NCBI GenBank assembly: GCA_964016885.1
Contig: OZ024747.1
Span: forward strand, 2,418,001 to 2,482,000
Source: Eledone cirrhosa
Lineage: Eukaryota
Length of the DNA stretch: 64,000 nt
Direction: 5' to 3'
Under the pieces are notes generated by a model. It worked only from the letters and a program-made list of their open reading frames with translations, was not told where the DNA came from and made no database searches. Shown in pieces: positions 26,044-40,306 of this stretch. The stretch's first letter is position 1, and each line of letters opens with the position of its first letter. The position numbers and the translations under genes were made by a program.

Positions 26044-26929
26044 ATTGTAATTTATTTGCCTCCTTGAGGTACATGGGGCTTCATTAAATATTGCCTCGCC
26101 GTCTCTTTTACATCATCTCAATATACCTGGCTATCACTCCGGTTGCATCCCTTTCTTAAGTATGTTTCTTATGGTCTGTCATCCTTCTTTGTTATCTGTA
26201 GTACAACTGAGTACATCTAAAACAACGCTTTCTTCTCTACTAGAGATGTATAGTGGGTAGAAATAGATTATTAGTTTGTCACCAAAAGTCTTCACTAAAT
26301 ATAACAGGATTTTAATTTGATATAATGTTATTGAATGAATTGGTCAGTGGTTCGTTGTAGTATGGCAGGAATTTGAAGCAGTAACTGTTGGCTTGATGGG
26401 TGAATCTATAAGTTGTTCTTTCCCATATAAGGGATTGGTGTTGAATGGCGTAGTGAATGAACGATAAACAAGAGCCACTATTTAAATAATTTTAGTAATG
26501 AATAACTTGCTTCAAAGTTATTGTGATAATATAGGAAAAACAACAGACAGTCATTGTAAAATTGTGTGATGGTTTGGTATGGATGTTTGTGGTAGTAGTA
26601 GTCTTAAATTGCTGTTTGTAACTAATATTTGTTGACAGACTGTCTTAGCTCATTGGCCTAAAGGATGAAACCTAATATGTAGGAGTTAAGAATTACATCG
26701 TTCTGTGTCTTTTGGGAATTTCAGCAAACTCCCCTGAATAACCGAGGGCAGACGTTTTTATGAGGATACCCTTATCTTATTACAATAAGTGGATGCCATC
26801 TCGAAAACCATTCCTCTAGACAATTTGGTGGCACTGGTCCCAAAACAAAGGAAGTAAATATCTCTGAGGCCAAAAGGTCAGCCTGTGAGGTCGCAATGAC
26901 CTATTAACCAACCAGAGAACAAAAGTTCA

Positions 26930-27400
26930 AATCTCTCTGCTTAGATTCCCTACAGATGTATCCCAAATATCTCCAACATGACCTCTGTATAACATTTTCA
27001 ATGGTAATACATTAACCATCTCTCCCAATGTCCCATTGCTCTCATGATCTTTCTGTCTGATTTCTAATGTTCTACTTAAAAGTTTGTGTTCTAAAGCTGT
27101 GACTTCAGCTTCAGATGTAGAGCTATACTGTGTGAAGATAATAAGTAATATTGATCTTACTAAGGATATATATATTTTTACTTTGGTGTATACCAACAGA
27201 TAGTTGGACTGCAATCTAAATTTCAATATGTCCATTGATTCTGCTACTTTATTAACTCTATTCCCTAAACTCCAATTGTTTGGAACCATCATCTCAAGTA
27301 ACTGAAATAATCAGCAGTCATTATTATTGTTCCTACCGCAATGTAATTCAAATGATTGGCATTACTTGTATTTGTCACTTTAGCTTCCATGTTTGGCATT
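26930..27400 (-). mobile_element. Highly degraded RTE-type LINE fragment
   Basis: TKVKIYISLVRSILL ... ALEHKLLSRTLEI, and yLGyicR in an adjacent frame. Confidence 0.6.
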
Positions 27401-27504
27401 AAAGCCACTTATACACATCAGCAAAACAAGTTTTACTATCGTTCCAGCCATTACTTGAAGCTTGTTATAAAAATTCATGTTTTTCTTGGGGGAGGGGGGT
27501 GGGG

Positions 27505-27716
27505 TGAAATGGCAGTATTTGTAAAGTGTCGGACACCATGCATTGCAGCATAGTTATGGCCCTTTACGTTCTGAGTTCAAATCCTGCTGAGGTTAGCTTT
27601 GCCTTTCATCCTTACAGGGGGTCCATAAAATAAAGTGCCAGTAAATCACTGGGGTGGATTTAATGGATTTTCCCTCCCCCAAAATTGCTGACCTTGTGCC
27701 TAATTTAGAAACCATT
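27505..27716 (+). mobile_element. SINE family 1, full-length
   Basis: A-box head tggcagtatttg, B box gagttcaaatcc, core and tail. Confidence 0.88.
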
Positions 27717-27832
27717 ATATATTGTTTCATTAGCATAGCATACACATATACAACCATTTCCATGTATAGACTTAAACCTAGCTTCAGAAACCATGAGGAA
27801 GAGATACATATATATTTCATCAAGAAATGACA

Positions 27833-27880
27833 TTTACAGGACTAGAACTGTTTCATTCATTTGAAATCATCATTCAACAC
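27833..27880 (-). ncRNA. Degenerate hammerhead motif, same family as 40664-40714
   Basis: Minus strand aTGATGA-tttcaaatgaat-GAAACAG-ttctagtc-CTGTA; C3 is mutated. Confidence 0.55.
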
Positions 27881-28408
27881 TTGCTATCTCAATACCCCAG
27901 AGAAGGATTGATTTAAGAAAGTGTTTTTTGTGGTGTTTAGTAGTTGAAGGTGTCTGGTCTAGTGATTTAGGGAACTTAAGATCCTAATGCTGGGGGTTCA
28001 ATTCCTGGACTAGGTGGTGGCTTGAGTTCTCGAGCAAAATATTTCATTTTACATTGTTGCAGGACATGAAAATGACAACAATGACATTGATGATGATGAT
28101 TATGGCGATGATGATGATAATTATGACAATAATATTGATAGCAATAATAATAATGGTTTCTGATTTAGGCACAAGGCCAGCAATTTGGGGGAAGGAGAAA
28201 GTCAATTAAATCGACCCCAGTGTATGACAGGTACTTTATGGGTCATAACTGTATGCTGCAAAGCATGTTGTCCTCTGATGCTCTATCGATTACTGCCAAT
28301 CTATGACCCTCAATGGCAATGATAATAATAGTAGTGATGATGATGTCAATGATGATGACATCTATGATGTCAATGAGGATGATGACAGACAATTTTGAAG
28401 CTGGATTA

Positions 28409-29010
28409 TGACAATAATGGTGTTGACAGCCTGGTGACAGTACAGTCAATGACAATAATGGTGTTGACAGCCTGGTGACAGTACAGTTAATGACAATAAT
28501 GGTGTTGACAGCCTGGTGACAGTACAGTCAATGACAATAATGGTGTTGACAGACTGGTGACAGTACAGTTAATGACAATAATGGTGTTGACAGCCTGGTG
28601 ACAGTACAGTCAATGACAATAATGGTGTTGACAGACTGGTGACAGTACAGTTAATAATGCTGTTGACAGGGTGACAGTACAGTCAATGACAATAATGGTG
28701 TTGAAGACTGGTAACAGTATAGTCAATCACAATAATGGTGTTGACAGACTGGTGACAGTACAGTCAATGACAATAATGGTGTTGACAGGGTGATGGTACA
28801 GTCAATGACAATAATGTTGACAGACTGGTGACGGTACAGTCAATGGCAATAATGGTGTTGGCAGACTAGTGACAGTACAGTCAATGACAATAATGGTGTT
28901 GACAGGGTGACGGTACAGTCAATGACAATAAGTGTGTTGACAGTCTGGTGACAGATATGATGGTGTGACAGACTGGTCACAGTACAATCAATGACAATAT
29001 GATGGTGTTT
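28409..29010. repeat. 41-bp minisatellite, about 14 copies
   Basis: Unit tgacaataatggtgttgacagcctggtgacagtacagtcaa. Confidence 0.95.
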
Positions 29011-29247
29011 CTGCTAGACTGAGCCTGACAAAACTATAACATAATGAATGACAATGTTTATAGTTTGGTAATACCATTTTATTGCGGACAGATTCAGCAG
29101 CCATGACTATAAAGTGATATATGTACAAGTGTATATATATGTGTTGGAGGTGTATATATGTGTAGAGATATATACAAATATACATTTGGTTCTGAAAGTA
29201 ATATATAAATACACACATGTATGTATTTATGCATGTATGTACATGTA

Positions 29248-29297
<50 letters not shown>

Positions 29298-29896
29298 CAA
29301 GTGTGTGTACACACATATATATATATGCACTGTATGTACATACATACATGCATACATATATACATATATATATATATATGTATATATGTAAGTATGGTCA
29401 CACTTAGGGTTAGAGATAGAGTATGACTTCCTCTATTGATGTACTAGAATGGTACATGTTTAGATATTTAGTTGGTTGCCGCTTCAAAGTTAAATACACA
29501 ATAGAATTAGATTGTACAATAATGAGCAACAGTTGATATAGATAAACAATAACGTGAAGAGAATACAGAGTTAAGTATACACATGGTCTAGTGGCTTCTA
29601 TAAAGTGTGTTGTCTTCTAGAGACACATTATATATAAACTTATATATTTATGTTTCTATATAAATGTATATATATATATATTTTATTCATTGTTTTTATT
29701 AATTTATATATATATATATATATGTGTGTGTGTTCATGTATGTATGTGTATGTATATATATGCATATGTATATGTATATATATATATATGTATATATATA
29801 TATCAATGATATTATACCCCAGAAGAATGGTCTAGAGTGCTTTGAATCTGTTATAATTAAATTTGTTGAATAATCAACAAATTAAATAACTCTTTG

Positions 29897-29965
<69 letters not shown>

Positions 29966-29968
<3 letters not shown>

Positions 29969-31545
29969 TATATATAAATAATATATATATATTTATTAAA
30001 ATAACAGATTAAAGTTTAAGCAAAGAATCGCTGTGAAAAACAATTACGCGCAAAGACAGAACCACGTTTATGGTATAAAAGAAGTCGTAGACTAATATTC
30101 TCTTAGGTGGTCCATAGAGACGTTCTCTGGCAATGAACGGAAAAAACGAAGATAATACGTCATATGTGGAGCGTGGAGAATAATTGCACGCAAAGACAAA
30201 ACCACGTAAATGGTATAGCTGAAGTCGTAGACTAAATTCTAACTAGGAAACCAAATGAATCTCCGCTTCAGAGTTAAGAATAAAGTAAATAAATACAATA
30301 CAGAGGTAATAGAAATTAAATAAATTCATACACAAGCATACGCAAAACACTTGCCATAGGTATACAAAACGACGCACATATAAATATGTGTGTGTGTGTG
30401 TATACAAATAAATAAATAATTAAATAAACGTATATAAATAAATAAATACGTATATAACAAGCGCACACACATACCTACGTGTAAATACACAAATGTTCGG
30501 AGACGTAAGTCAACCAAAACATGAAGTATACATATACACACACCCTACATACGTACGAACCCGCATACTCACGCAGACGCAAAACTCCCGTATACACATA
30601 ACCAAACCATATGTACCAGAATATATAAAAAATGTATACGCCATAACATAATCAATCAAATATACGTATGAGAAAGTATACGCACCTTCACAAAACATAC
30701 AGGTAATATATACTTACCTATGCAAATAAGTAATGGTATAAACAAAACATATACTTACCTACCACATCAAGACGTAAAATATCCACGTATAGATCGTACT
30801 ATCCGTTAAGGTATAATGTGCGGCTGGAATACAGGAAAGTTTTGTGCAATTTATGTTTACAAGCCGAAATTGCCTCAGATTTTTTGTTTAAGATGCCGTC
30901 TGTGGCGTAGAGTATTTCCAGGGCCTCAGCGGCGCAAAGGTCACATGGTCTTTTATTTCCGTTATACGATCTAGCCCTAGCTATGATCTCTCAGTAACTT
31001 AAATTTGGTGTGGTTGTCTTTTAGACTCCAGATATAAGCTGAAAGTGACGTCATATTCCTTCTTAGAGGGTAACGAAAAGAATGGGTATGCGTGTAAAGA
31101 TGCTGCTTGAATCTATTGGCGGTTAACCCCATGTAGGCTCTACGGGATGTGGGTGTTTCAACCTTACATTTGTAGACAATGTTACTAGAGAGGCATTTCC
31201 GGACAGGGGGCAATCAAACCGATTCCTACAATTACAGTTAGTACTAACTACAGGGTTGCACGTGTTTCTACGGCTAGGCAGTTTAGCTAAATTTGAAGCT
31301 GTGATGTTATGTGCAAGGTTAGGAGTCGTAGAGTAAGAAATTTTAATAGTATTTCTATTAAAATTTTTTACTATATTTATGTGTAGGGGGAAAATGCAAC
31401 GCAATAAGGGAAATAAAGATCTTAGCTAATGGTGTAGCCACCTCCATATTATAAGGTGGGTTATACCAACAAATGCGACGGGATCTATTTCTTCTAGGTC
31501 TATTTTCGTACTCTGTATATGCTACCTTATCTGTATATGGTATCT
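29966..31545 (-). mobile_element. Penelope-like retroelement, 5'-truncated (RT thumb, linker, GIY-YIG endonuclease, long 3' region)
   Basis: RRICWYNPPY..HFPPTH..FNRNTIKISYS, CNCRNRFDCPLSG, NIVYKC..AYMGLT..FKQHLYTH, YIWSLK and CDLCAAE. Frameshifted and bounded by (TA)n on both sides. Confidence 0.9.
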
Positions 31546-31925
31546 TATATATATATATATATATATACAATAAAAGCACCCAATCCACACTGTAAAGTGG
31601 TCGCATTGGTATCATGACAAAAAATTACCATTTCGCGCTGTAAAGTGGTCATTTTATTGCCACGATAATAGGCACCCAATCCGTACTGTACACGTGTTTG
31701 GTTTTAGAAGGGCCTTAGAAACAAAGCTAGAAATGGTTCTGTGTGAACAAGAGATGGTCATTTGATCTGACTTGTCTCACATGTCAATTAAATATTTATA
31801 CTCTGCTATGTATTGAGTACCTTATTGTGGTTACCCCTGATTGAACCCAAGGTACACATACAGACACACACACATACACACACATACACACACACATAAT
31901 GGAAAATATTTTTATAAAACCATAT

Positions 31926-31977
31926 TTATTTTATTCAAGTGTACTAATATTTTAGTACACTTTCGTCAGATAAAATA
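31926..31977 (-). ncRNA. Hammerhead relic lacking helix III
   Basis: Minus strand tattttat CTGACGA aagtgtactaa-aata-ttagtacactt GA ataaaata. Confidence 0.45.
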
Positions 31978-32145
31978 CAATAATTGATGTAAAGATAGTG
32001 ACATATCTTCATGTGAACTTCGTGTTATAAGTTCAGTGAAGATATATATATATATATATATATACACACAGATCGATATATATATAGAGGGGGATAATGA
32101 TTGAGTACCTTACTTACTATGGTTACCCCCGATTGAACCCAGGAT

Positions 32146-32182
<37 letters not shown>

Positions 32183-32536
32183 GATCGATATATATAGAGA
32201 GGGATACGTGGGAAATTTACAGAAAGAGAAGAGGGATCAGTTGAGCAGCAAAGAAGCAGTCAGTGAAATAGAGAGAAAGAGGTAGAGTGAGAAAGAAAGA
32301 GAGTTAAAGAAAGACATGTGTGAAAAAGAAAGAAACGACATAGTTTTGTGCGTAAAGTGGCCTCATGTCCTTCATGTTGATTTATTTGTAGAAGTCTCTA
32401 TTAGCTGAGAGGTTGAGCTTACATTTTTATTAGAACCACTGATGTTAATTCTAAAGTTTATAAAATAGTTTTTCTCAGTTTGTTTAAGTGATTGCATTTC
32501 ATCAGTTTTTGAAGAGGTTTTTTTTTATCATTTCAT

Positions 32537-32591
<55 letters not shown>

Positions 32592-32735
32592 ATATAACTA
32601 TCTATCCATATATATGTATATATGTATATATATATATATACATGTATACATATATACCTATATTTTACAATGTCTATATCCAGTCTCAGTTGAATTTTAT
32701 TTCTTCAATTGATTGAATTATCCTTGCTTTTTCTT

Positions 32736-33266
32736 GTGTATGTGTGTGTCTCTGTGTATGTGTGTGTCTCTGTGTATGTGTGTGTCTCTGTGTATGTGTG
32801 TGTCTCTGTGTATGTGTGTGTCTCTGTGTATGTGTGTCTCTGTGTATGTGTGTGTCTCTGTGTATGTGTGTGTCTCTGTGTATGTGTGTCTCTGTGTATG
32901 TGTGTGTCTCTGTGTATGTGTGTGTCTCTGTGTATGTGTGTCTGTGTATGTCTGTGTATGTCTCGCTTGCTCTCTCTCTCTGTATGTCTGTGTGTATGAG
33001 AGTATATGTATGTATGTGTGTGTATGTCTGTGTGCGTGTATATATAGGTGTGTGTGTGTGTGTATTTGTATCTGTGCATGTGTATATCTGTGTGTGTGTG
33101 TGTGTGTGTATCTGTATCTGTGCATGTGTGTGTGTGTGTGTGAGTGTGTGTATCTGTATCTGTGTATGTGTTTATCTGTCTGTGTGTGTATCTGTATCTG
33201 TGTATGTGTATATCTGTGTGAGTGTGTGTATTTGTATCTGTGTATGTGTTTATCTGTGTGTGTGTG
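32736..33266. repeat. 18-bp (tgtgtatgtgtgtgtctc) minisatellite grading into (TG)n
   Basis: Direct reading of the sequence. Confidence 0.93.
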
Positions 33267-33586
33267 TTAAATTTCGTTATTTTTTTCTCTGTTTTATGTT
33301 ATTGGTTTATATTTTCAAACTCTGGCCTAAAGTATTGACTGGAAACCAAGAAACCCAATGAGTGGTGAGAATACGATAGAATTACCAATAGTACATAAAA
33401 CGATGTAAGCCTAAATTTGGAAAGAATTGTGAAAGCTTTCTTTTGTATTCCCAAGTGTTTATTTACTTTTACTTTTTATTTAATGTTTATTTTTATTTTT
33501 GTTTTTGTTATTATTTTGTTGTTTTTTCCTCTCATTTCAGGTTGTTTTCTGTTAATAGAAAACAACCTTTTTTTATGTTCCTTAAC

Positions 33587-33621
<35 letters not shown>

Positions 33622-35439
33622 ATCACTCTCCCTCTCTTTCCTCCTCTCTTTTCCTCTCACTCTCTTTCCTTTCTCTCTCCCTCTCTTCCCATCTCTCTCT
33701 TCCTCCTTCCTCTCTCTCTCTTTCCTTTCTCGCTATCTCTTTCCTCTCTCTCTGTCTTTCCTTTCTCTCTCTGTCTATTTTCCTGTCCCTCTTCCCCCTC
33801 TCTCTTTCTCTCCCCCCCACTCTCTCAATCCTGTGCATGTGTGTAATAGAGTAGGGGGGGGGGGAGATCTAGAAATAGAAATGTTATTTAGGCATTCGAA
33901 CTGAGAAAACAAACAAACTGATTATTTGCTCCACAAGAGATTAAATTGAAGAAGGTCTCGTCAAACATACAACACTTTCAGGTGTTCTTTCTAGCTTCTT
34001 TTTGATCTGTGTAAACTCTTATAATAATATATACACAATTCCTTGTACAGTGTGAATAGCATTTACACATTCCTCTGTAAAAATTACATTCCAAGCCATA
34101 TATTCCATACAATTCTAAGCCATGTACTCTATACAATTCTAAGCCATGTATTCTATACAATATCCCTCAACAACTGTTAACATTTGTTCATTTATTTAAC
34201 TATGATGCTCAGAATGAAAGGAAAAGATGCGGTGTTAAACCCTTATATTACCAAGTTCCATCAGACTGCTCTATGATACAAAAACTCTATGATACAAAAA
34301 TGTTTTAAAGTGTTAAAGTGTTCATATTTAAATTAAAACTTCATAATTTCATCTCAGAATATTTTTATTATTTCTGTTTATGTTCCAAACATCAGTTTTT
34401 TTTTTTTAAATGTTGGTTGTTTTAACGAAATCCTCCAAATTCTTGATTAATTTCAAAACTAATTGAAACATGAAGGTAGTGTATTTCATTAGAAATATGG
34501 TCAAATATTCTTATTTTGTCTGTGGAGGAGGTTTGAGGGGAGGAGATGAGGAAGAAAAAGAAGGAAATTGCTGAAACAAGAGAATATGAACCATTTTTCA
34601 TACAATCAGGCAAGCTAACGTTTCTTAGAAGGATTTGATAACATTCAGATCTGCTAATGATGATAAAATTAAAGGGTATTTTGTTTCTAATTAAAAGAAA
34701 TTACAGGAGCAATGGAAGTTGAAAGCCATATCAATTATATTCCTTTATTATCTGAGATCTAATCTCTAGAAGGCAGCCATTTCTACAAGCAAATAGTTTC
34801 AGTTGCTTGTACAAGACAAGATTTTTTTTAAAAAGCTATTTGGACACTTATGAGTCATAAATAAAACCTGCTTCTCAAGGAATCTAGCTAAGAATAATGG
34901 ACAGTGCTTTAAACAGCTATAAAACCCATTACTACATCTTAAATAACCCTTTAAATATAAGACTGTAAAAGTTGTGAAAAGAAATTTTTGCTAGACATTT
35001 ATTTGAATGCAAGAGGTTACTGCCTAATTTCTTTTTTACTGTCTTACCAAAATAAAAAAAGAAATGACAAAAAACATATAGAGGTGAATAATTGCAAACT
35101 TATATATAGTAAAATATATTACATAGAGGATTCTGGTCTGGCAATCATAGTAGTCTACAAGTATGAAAGAACTTCATATTAATAGCAGACTGTTGTAGAA
35201 TTTGATTTATTTATATTTTTACAACATGACCAATGTTTCAGCAAAGTGTTTAATTGTTATGTTTCATTGAATTATTAAATTTAGTAATAATTTGTAACCT
35301 GAAAAAAAAAATTGTGAAATAGAGAGAACAAATAAGTGTCATGCCTATTTCATTTCTTTTTTAAAACATTTTTCATACTAATGGTGGTGTTCCAGCATGG
35401 CCCCAGCCTGTCAACTGGAACATGTAATAGAGTAAATAC

Positions 35440-35969
35440 TAAATATCCTAAAACCAGCTCTAGTTGATACAAACTCTTGAACTATTTGTATTTAAATTTA
35501 AACCTTCCATCATAATTTTATATATGAAACTTTGTTATATTCCAAACCCAAGATTGATAATGTGAAAATTAGTTATATTTTTAAATCTCTAAAAATTCTT
35601 GATTATTTTCAAAATTAATTGAAAATCATAAGCAGTGTCTTTCATTAGGAATATGGTAACGAAAGGGTTAAACCATAGGGGACAGTGTCTTTCATTAGGA
35701 ATATGGTAACGAAAGGGTTAAACGATAGGGGACAGTGTCTTTCATTAGAAATGTGGTAACGAAAGGGTTAAACCATAGGGGACAGTATCTTTCATTAGAA
35801 ATGTGGTAACGAAAGGGTTAAACCATAGGGGACAGTGTCTTTCATTAGGAATATGGTAACGAAAGGGTTAAACGATAGAGGACAGTGTCTTTCATTAGAA
35901 ATGTGGTAACGAAAGGGTTAAACCATAGGGGACTGTCTTTCATTAGAAAAATGGTAACGAAAGGGTTAA
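35440..35969. mobile_element. piggyBac-type MITE fragment whose terminus is amplified as a 50-bp tandem array (7 units, 35633-35969)
   Basis: Unit cagtgtctttcattaggaatatggtaacgaaaGGG-TTAA-accatagggga; a related MITE body is at 34235-34505. Confidence 0.75.
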
Positions 35970-37456
35970 TAGCTTAATGAAAGGAGGAAGAGCAGTGTCC
36001 ATAATACTTTCAAGGCCTCCGTGACTAGTGGGAGGTTAGGTGAAAGTTAACTGAAGATCAGAAGCTTGGATCAAATACATACAACAAAACACCTTTGGCT
36101 TCTGAAGGCAGCCAACAGTCAGGTGGTAGTGCTTAACATAGTGACAGATTATGTCTGCTGCACAAATATATTGATAGTGGTCTGCTAAAGTTCATGTGTC
36201 AGCATACAATATATAAGAGCTTACTTGTATGCTACACTGTCTTTTAGGAAATTTATCCATTATGACACAGGCAAAATGAAATACATTATCATAGTTTTCT
36301 CATTGAACAAACATGAAATAGGCATAGGTTCAATAGCATTACAGTAGTAATAGCTTAAAGTAAAAATCTCTTTTTATTCTGTTTGCTATTCCAACTTGAA
36401 GTGTTTGAATGTGGCTGAATATTCAATGGAGAAAATCTGACATCTTCCTAATTAATATGGATGTTGGTGTTTATAGACCATAATGTTGTGGACCTGATGT
36501 AGCTAAATGATATATTCGAGAGATATTGAACACTATTAATATAACATACAACAATATTTTTCCACCTCACTGACAAGTAGAAACCATTTCCAAAAATAAA
36601 CCAGAAAATTATAGACATGGCTCTTCATTGAAAACAATGAATCAAGTGTAATGAGTCATGAAGTAATGGTATTGTTAAAATCCATTCGTTGAATCCCAAT
36701 TCTAACTGATATTTTCTTTATCATCTAAAAACGGTGATGGTGAGGATGGTGGTGGTGGTGGTGATGGTGGTGGTGGTGGTGGTGGTGGGGTGGGGTGGGG
36801 TGGGGGAATTCATGTTTAAAATAAATAGTGACCTCTTTCTGGAACCCAAGACAATGAACATTGTCATCTGGTCAATATCTGATGTATTATTTTTATATGA
36901 AATAGACAAGTAATTTTCTTTTATATATAGCAATTATTTTACAACTAGATTCTTTCCCTCTCCATCCTCCACCCACACCTGTCTTTCATCCTCCCCCCTC
37001 ACTCCTGTCTTTCACCCTCCCCATTCTCCACTCCTGTCACCCTCAACTCTCCCCTTCATCATAGATAAGTGTAATGGCTAAAATAAAAAGAATTTTTTAT
37101 AACATCACAACACTATAAACTGGATGATATGGTAGTTACTGTCATAAAAGGAAAATATAAATTATCTTTACAAAGATGGTTTCACACACACACACACACA
37201 CTCCCACATGTACTCCCACACGTGCAAGCACACACACAGACATACACACATGTGTGCACACATACACAAAAAATGAAAGAACTTGAATCATAATGATGTC
37301 AAACAAAACCAGGCGTTCCCTATCTCTTTGTGCCATGCATTCTTACTCTGAGTGTGTGTATATATATATAGAGAGAGAGAGAGGGAGGGATATATATATA
37401 TATATATATATGTGTATATATAGAGAGAGGGAGAGACATATATATATATGTGTGTG

Positions 37457-37508
<52 letters not shown>

Positions 37509-37552
37509 TATATGTGTGTGTGTATATATATATATATATAGAGAGAGAGACA

Positions 37553-37593
<41 letters not shown>

Positions 37594-38379
37594 CTCATTT
37601 TCTTCATCACCATCCATAGCTTTAAATTTCACTTTATTTTTAACAATAAAACCAATATAATGTATGAAGTTAATAGCTTCATTTAATCTAACCTGTCTCA
37701 AGCCTCCTTTAGACTAAAGTAAAGGACCATGTGATGTTATATATGCTGTTAATATTCTATTGTATTGAAGAATGTTCCGTTACTATGGAGTAGTGTTGGC
37801 TTTTTGTTGTTGTTTAACCCTAGGTTGGCCCTCATCAAAGAAAATGATCATGAAAACCATTACAACCATGACCACCCTATCGACTTTTTTAAGCATATTG
37901 TATGTGTTCTTGAAAAGTATGTTTTAGGGGAAATTTTTTTGCTATTTCTAGCAGGTCTAATAACCACTTAGAGGCTCCATTATTGGCTTCTTAAAGATAT
38001 TTTGTGCAGGAGTCAATGTTATAGGGTTCATTATTGTGATGGTACATTGCTGTGTCTTTACCCCAGGATCTGTGAGAAAAAGTATTCCAGTAGATTCCGT
38101 AAGGCAGCTGGCCTTAGGAAAGACATCCATCTATAGAAACTGAGCCAAATATGGAATATAAGACCAAGTGTCATCCTCTAGTTTGGCTAGTTGTAGACTA
38201 GAATTGTCTGGTCAATCCATAACAGAGGGAGAGGGAGAGAGAGAGAGAGAGGGAGAGAGAGGGAGAGAGAGATTGTAGAGAGAGAAGAGTTACTGTGTAG
38301 AGATTCTAGAGATAGTAATAATAATATAATAATAGTGTTGTTATTGTTGTTGTTATCATTACTATTATTGTTGTTGGCG

Positions 38380-39240
38380 TTCTATAGAGTATTAGTGGAG
38401 GGGAAGAGCGACGATGTACTTGGGGAAAATCTAGGCGTCGACGAAAATCAACTAGCCAATCTCTTTGGAAGAACTTTCGGGCCAGGGCCTATGGACAACT
38501 TCCAGAAATCCCTGGCAGTGTTACTGAGGAGCTTTGCCAGTTCGGGATAAACTCTACAGGCATGGAGGTGCCGTCAGCCAGGCATGTCCGAGATGCACGC
38601 AGGGCAACGAAACCATCCTGCATGCACTCGTCCAGTGTCCGAGCATTGCTGACTTGTGGGTTTATGTTGAACACCTGCTGTCGCATGTAGAACGGATCTG
38701 ACTATCAGCTGAGTCCATCGTGAGGTGCCCCACCCTCTTTCTTTAGCCGGGAAGGGCAGGCAGTTTTTATCTGTCTGGTAGCCATGGCGAAAGAGATAGT
38801 ATGGTGGACGTGTCTGAAAGGGCTGAAGACGAGCACTTACCTCTTCGGTGATGCCCTGATTAACTTTTTCCAATTTCATTTGAAAAGGAAAATCAGGGTA
38901 GAGAGGGAGGTGCTCTCTTCCCAGCTTTTTGTTGAAAGATGGGTGAGAGAGGCAAGAATGGCCCGAGTGAGTGGACCTACTCTGAGTATATGCCTGTAAA
39001 TTGAAGGTGGAAAACTGGGAGAGGACAGGGTCACCGTGGCTTTTTTTAATGGGCTTTCTCCACGATGTCCCTTGGAAGTCTCCCCCCTATTGGGGAATTT
39101 TTTCATTGTTCTATTATTACATCCTCTATTTTTTTTGTTTTTTGCACGCAGAAATGCCCATTTGTACCGTCCTGTATTGTCCTGTTCTGTCCTTAATGTC
39201 TACTTTGTGTAAACCCTTGTGGTTAATAAAGAAAGCATTA
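38380..39240 (+). mobile_element. L1/Tx1-type LINE 3' fragment
   Basis: C-terminal zinc knuckle ACPRCTQGNETILHALVQC, then MAKEIVWWT..F.ERW. The 3' UTR ends in AATAAA plus (TTA)n; related tails are at 46025-46315 and 11570-11700. Confidence 0.8.
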
Positions 39241-39504
39241 TTGTTGTTATTAATATTATTACTATTACTATTATTATTAATTTATTTTTATTGTTATTAT
39301 GTTCAATAATGAAATTAATCAGATGATTCTGCAAGCTCATAACAAACATCATCTTGAAAGAATGTGATACAGCAGAGTTAGAGAGTTTATAGAATCTAGG
39401 AGGTGACATTTTAGGACAAGAACTTTTTCAAGTAGATCTTCTCATGCCACTGGCAACTATTCTAATATGAAATGAGACAGAAATTGCAATTTCTAGTGAA
39501 TATG

Positions 39505-39789
39505 TTGACTACTTACTTGTGTGATGTGCCTGAACTAGCGTAACATAATATCTTGACTACTTACTTGTGTGATGTGCCTGAACTAGCGTAACATAATATC
39601 TTGACTACTTACTTGTGTGATGTGCCTGAACTAGCGTAACATAATATCTTGACTACTTACTTGTGTGATGTGCCTGAACTAGCGTAACATAATATCTTGA
39701 CTACTTACTTGTGTGATGTGCCTGAACTAGCGTAACATAATATCTTGACTACTTACTTGTGTGATGTGCCTGAACTAGCGTAACATAAG
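39505..39789. repeat. 48-bp tandem repeat, 6 copies
   Basis: Unit ttgactacttacttgtgtgatgtgcctgaactagcgtaacataatatc, essentially identical, with no spacers. Confidence 0.97.
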
Positions 39790-40108
39790 AGTCATGTAAA
39801 ATATCAGTTTATGACATTTCTAGTGAGAAATACAATAAACAGTAACAATATTGGAAAAGTAAAGAAAACTCAGGCAGAAAAAGAAATTATAATTTAAGTA
39901 CAGGCTTGGCTGTTTGGTTAAGAAGTACACTTGGCAACCACAGGGTCTAGGTCTCTAGCCTGTCTTATGGAAACTTGGGCAAGGGGCTTCTACTATAGTC
40001 TGGGGGTCACCAATGCCTTGTAGACAGAACCTGTACAGAGACCATAGTTTATAGTATATATACATACACACACACACACATATATATATATATGTATATA
40101 CACACATG

Positions 40109-40140
<32 letters not shown>

Positions 40141-40306
40141 CACCCACATACATACATACATATATATATACACCCACCCCTCACATACACTACAGGCAAA
40201 AACATCCCTATAAACTAATCCACCAATCAAAACAAACTTTATTGACCAACATATGAACTTCTGACTTTATCATACAGCATGTATTCATTTTCTACTAGCA
40301 TTACAA

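Noticed and set aside
28409-29010. CRISPR-like or coding repeat
   Set aside because: Plain 41-bp minisatellite with no spacers; the unit length is not a multiple of three.
29020-29105. Hairpin-rich segment starting CTGACAA, possible hammerhead
   Set aside because: The core deviates at G8 and no GAAA follows the hairpin.
39505-39789. CRISPR-like regular repeat
   Set aside because: Head-to-tail identical 48-bp units with no unique spacers, no cas genes, and a eukaryotic context.
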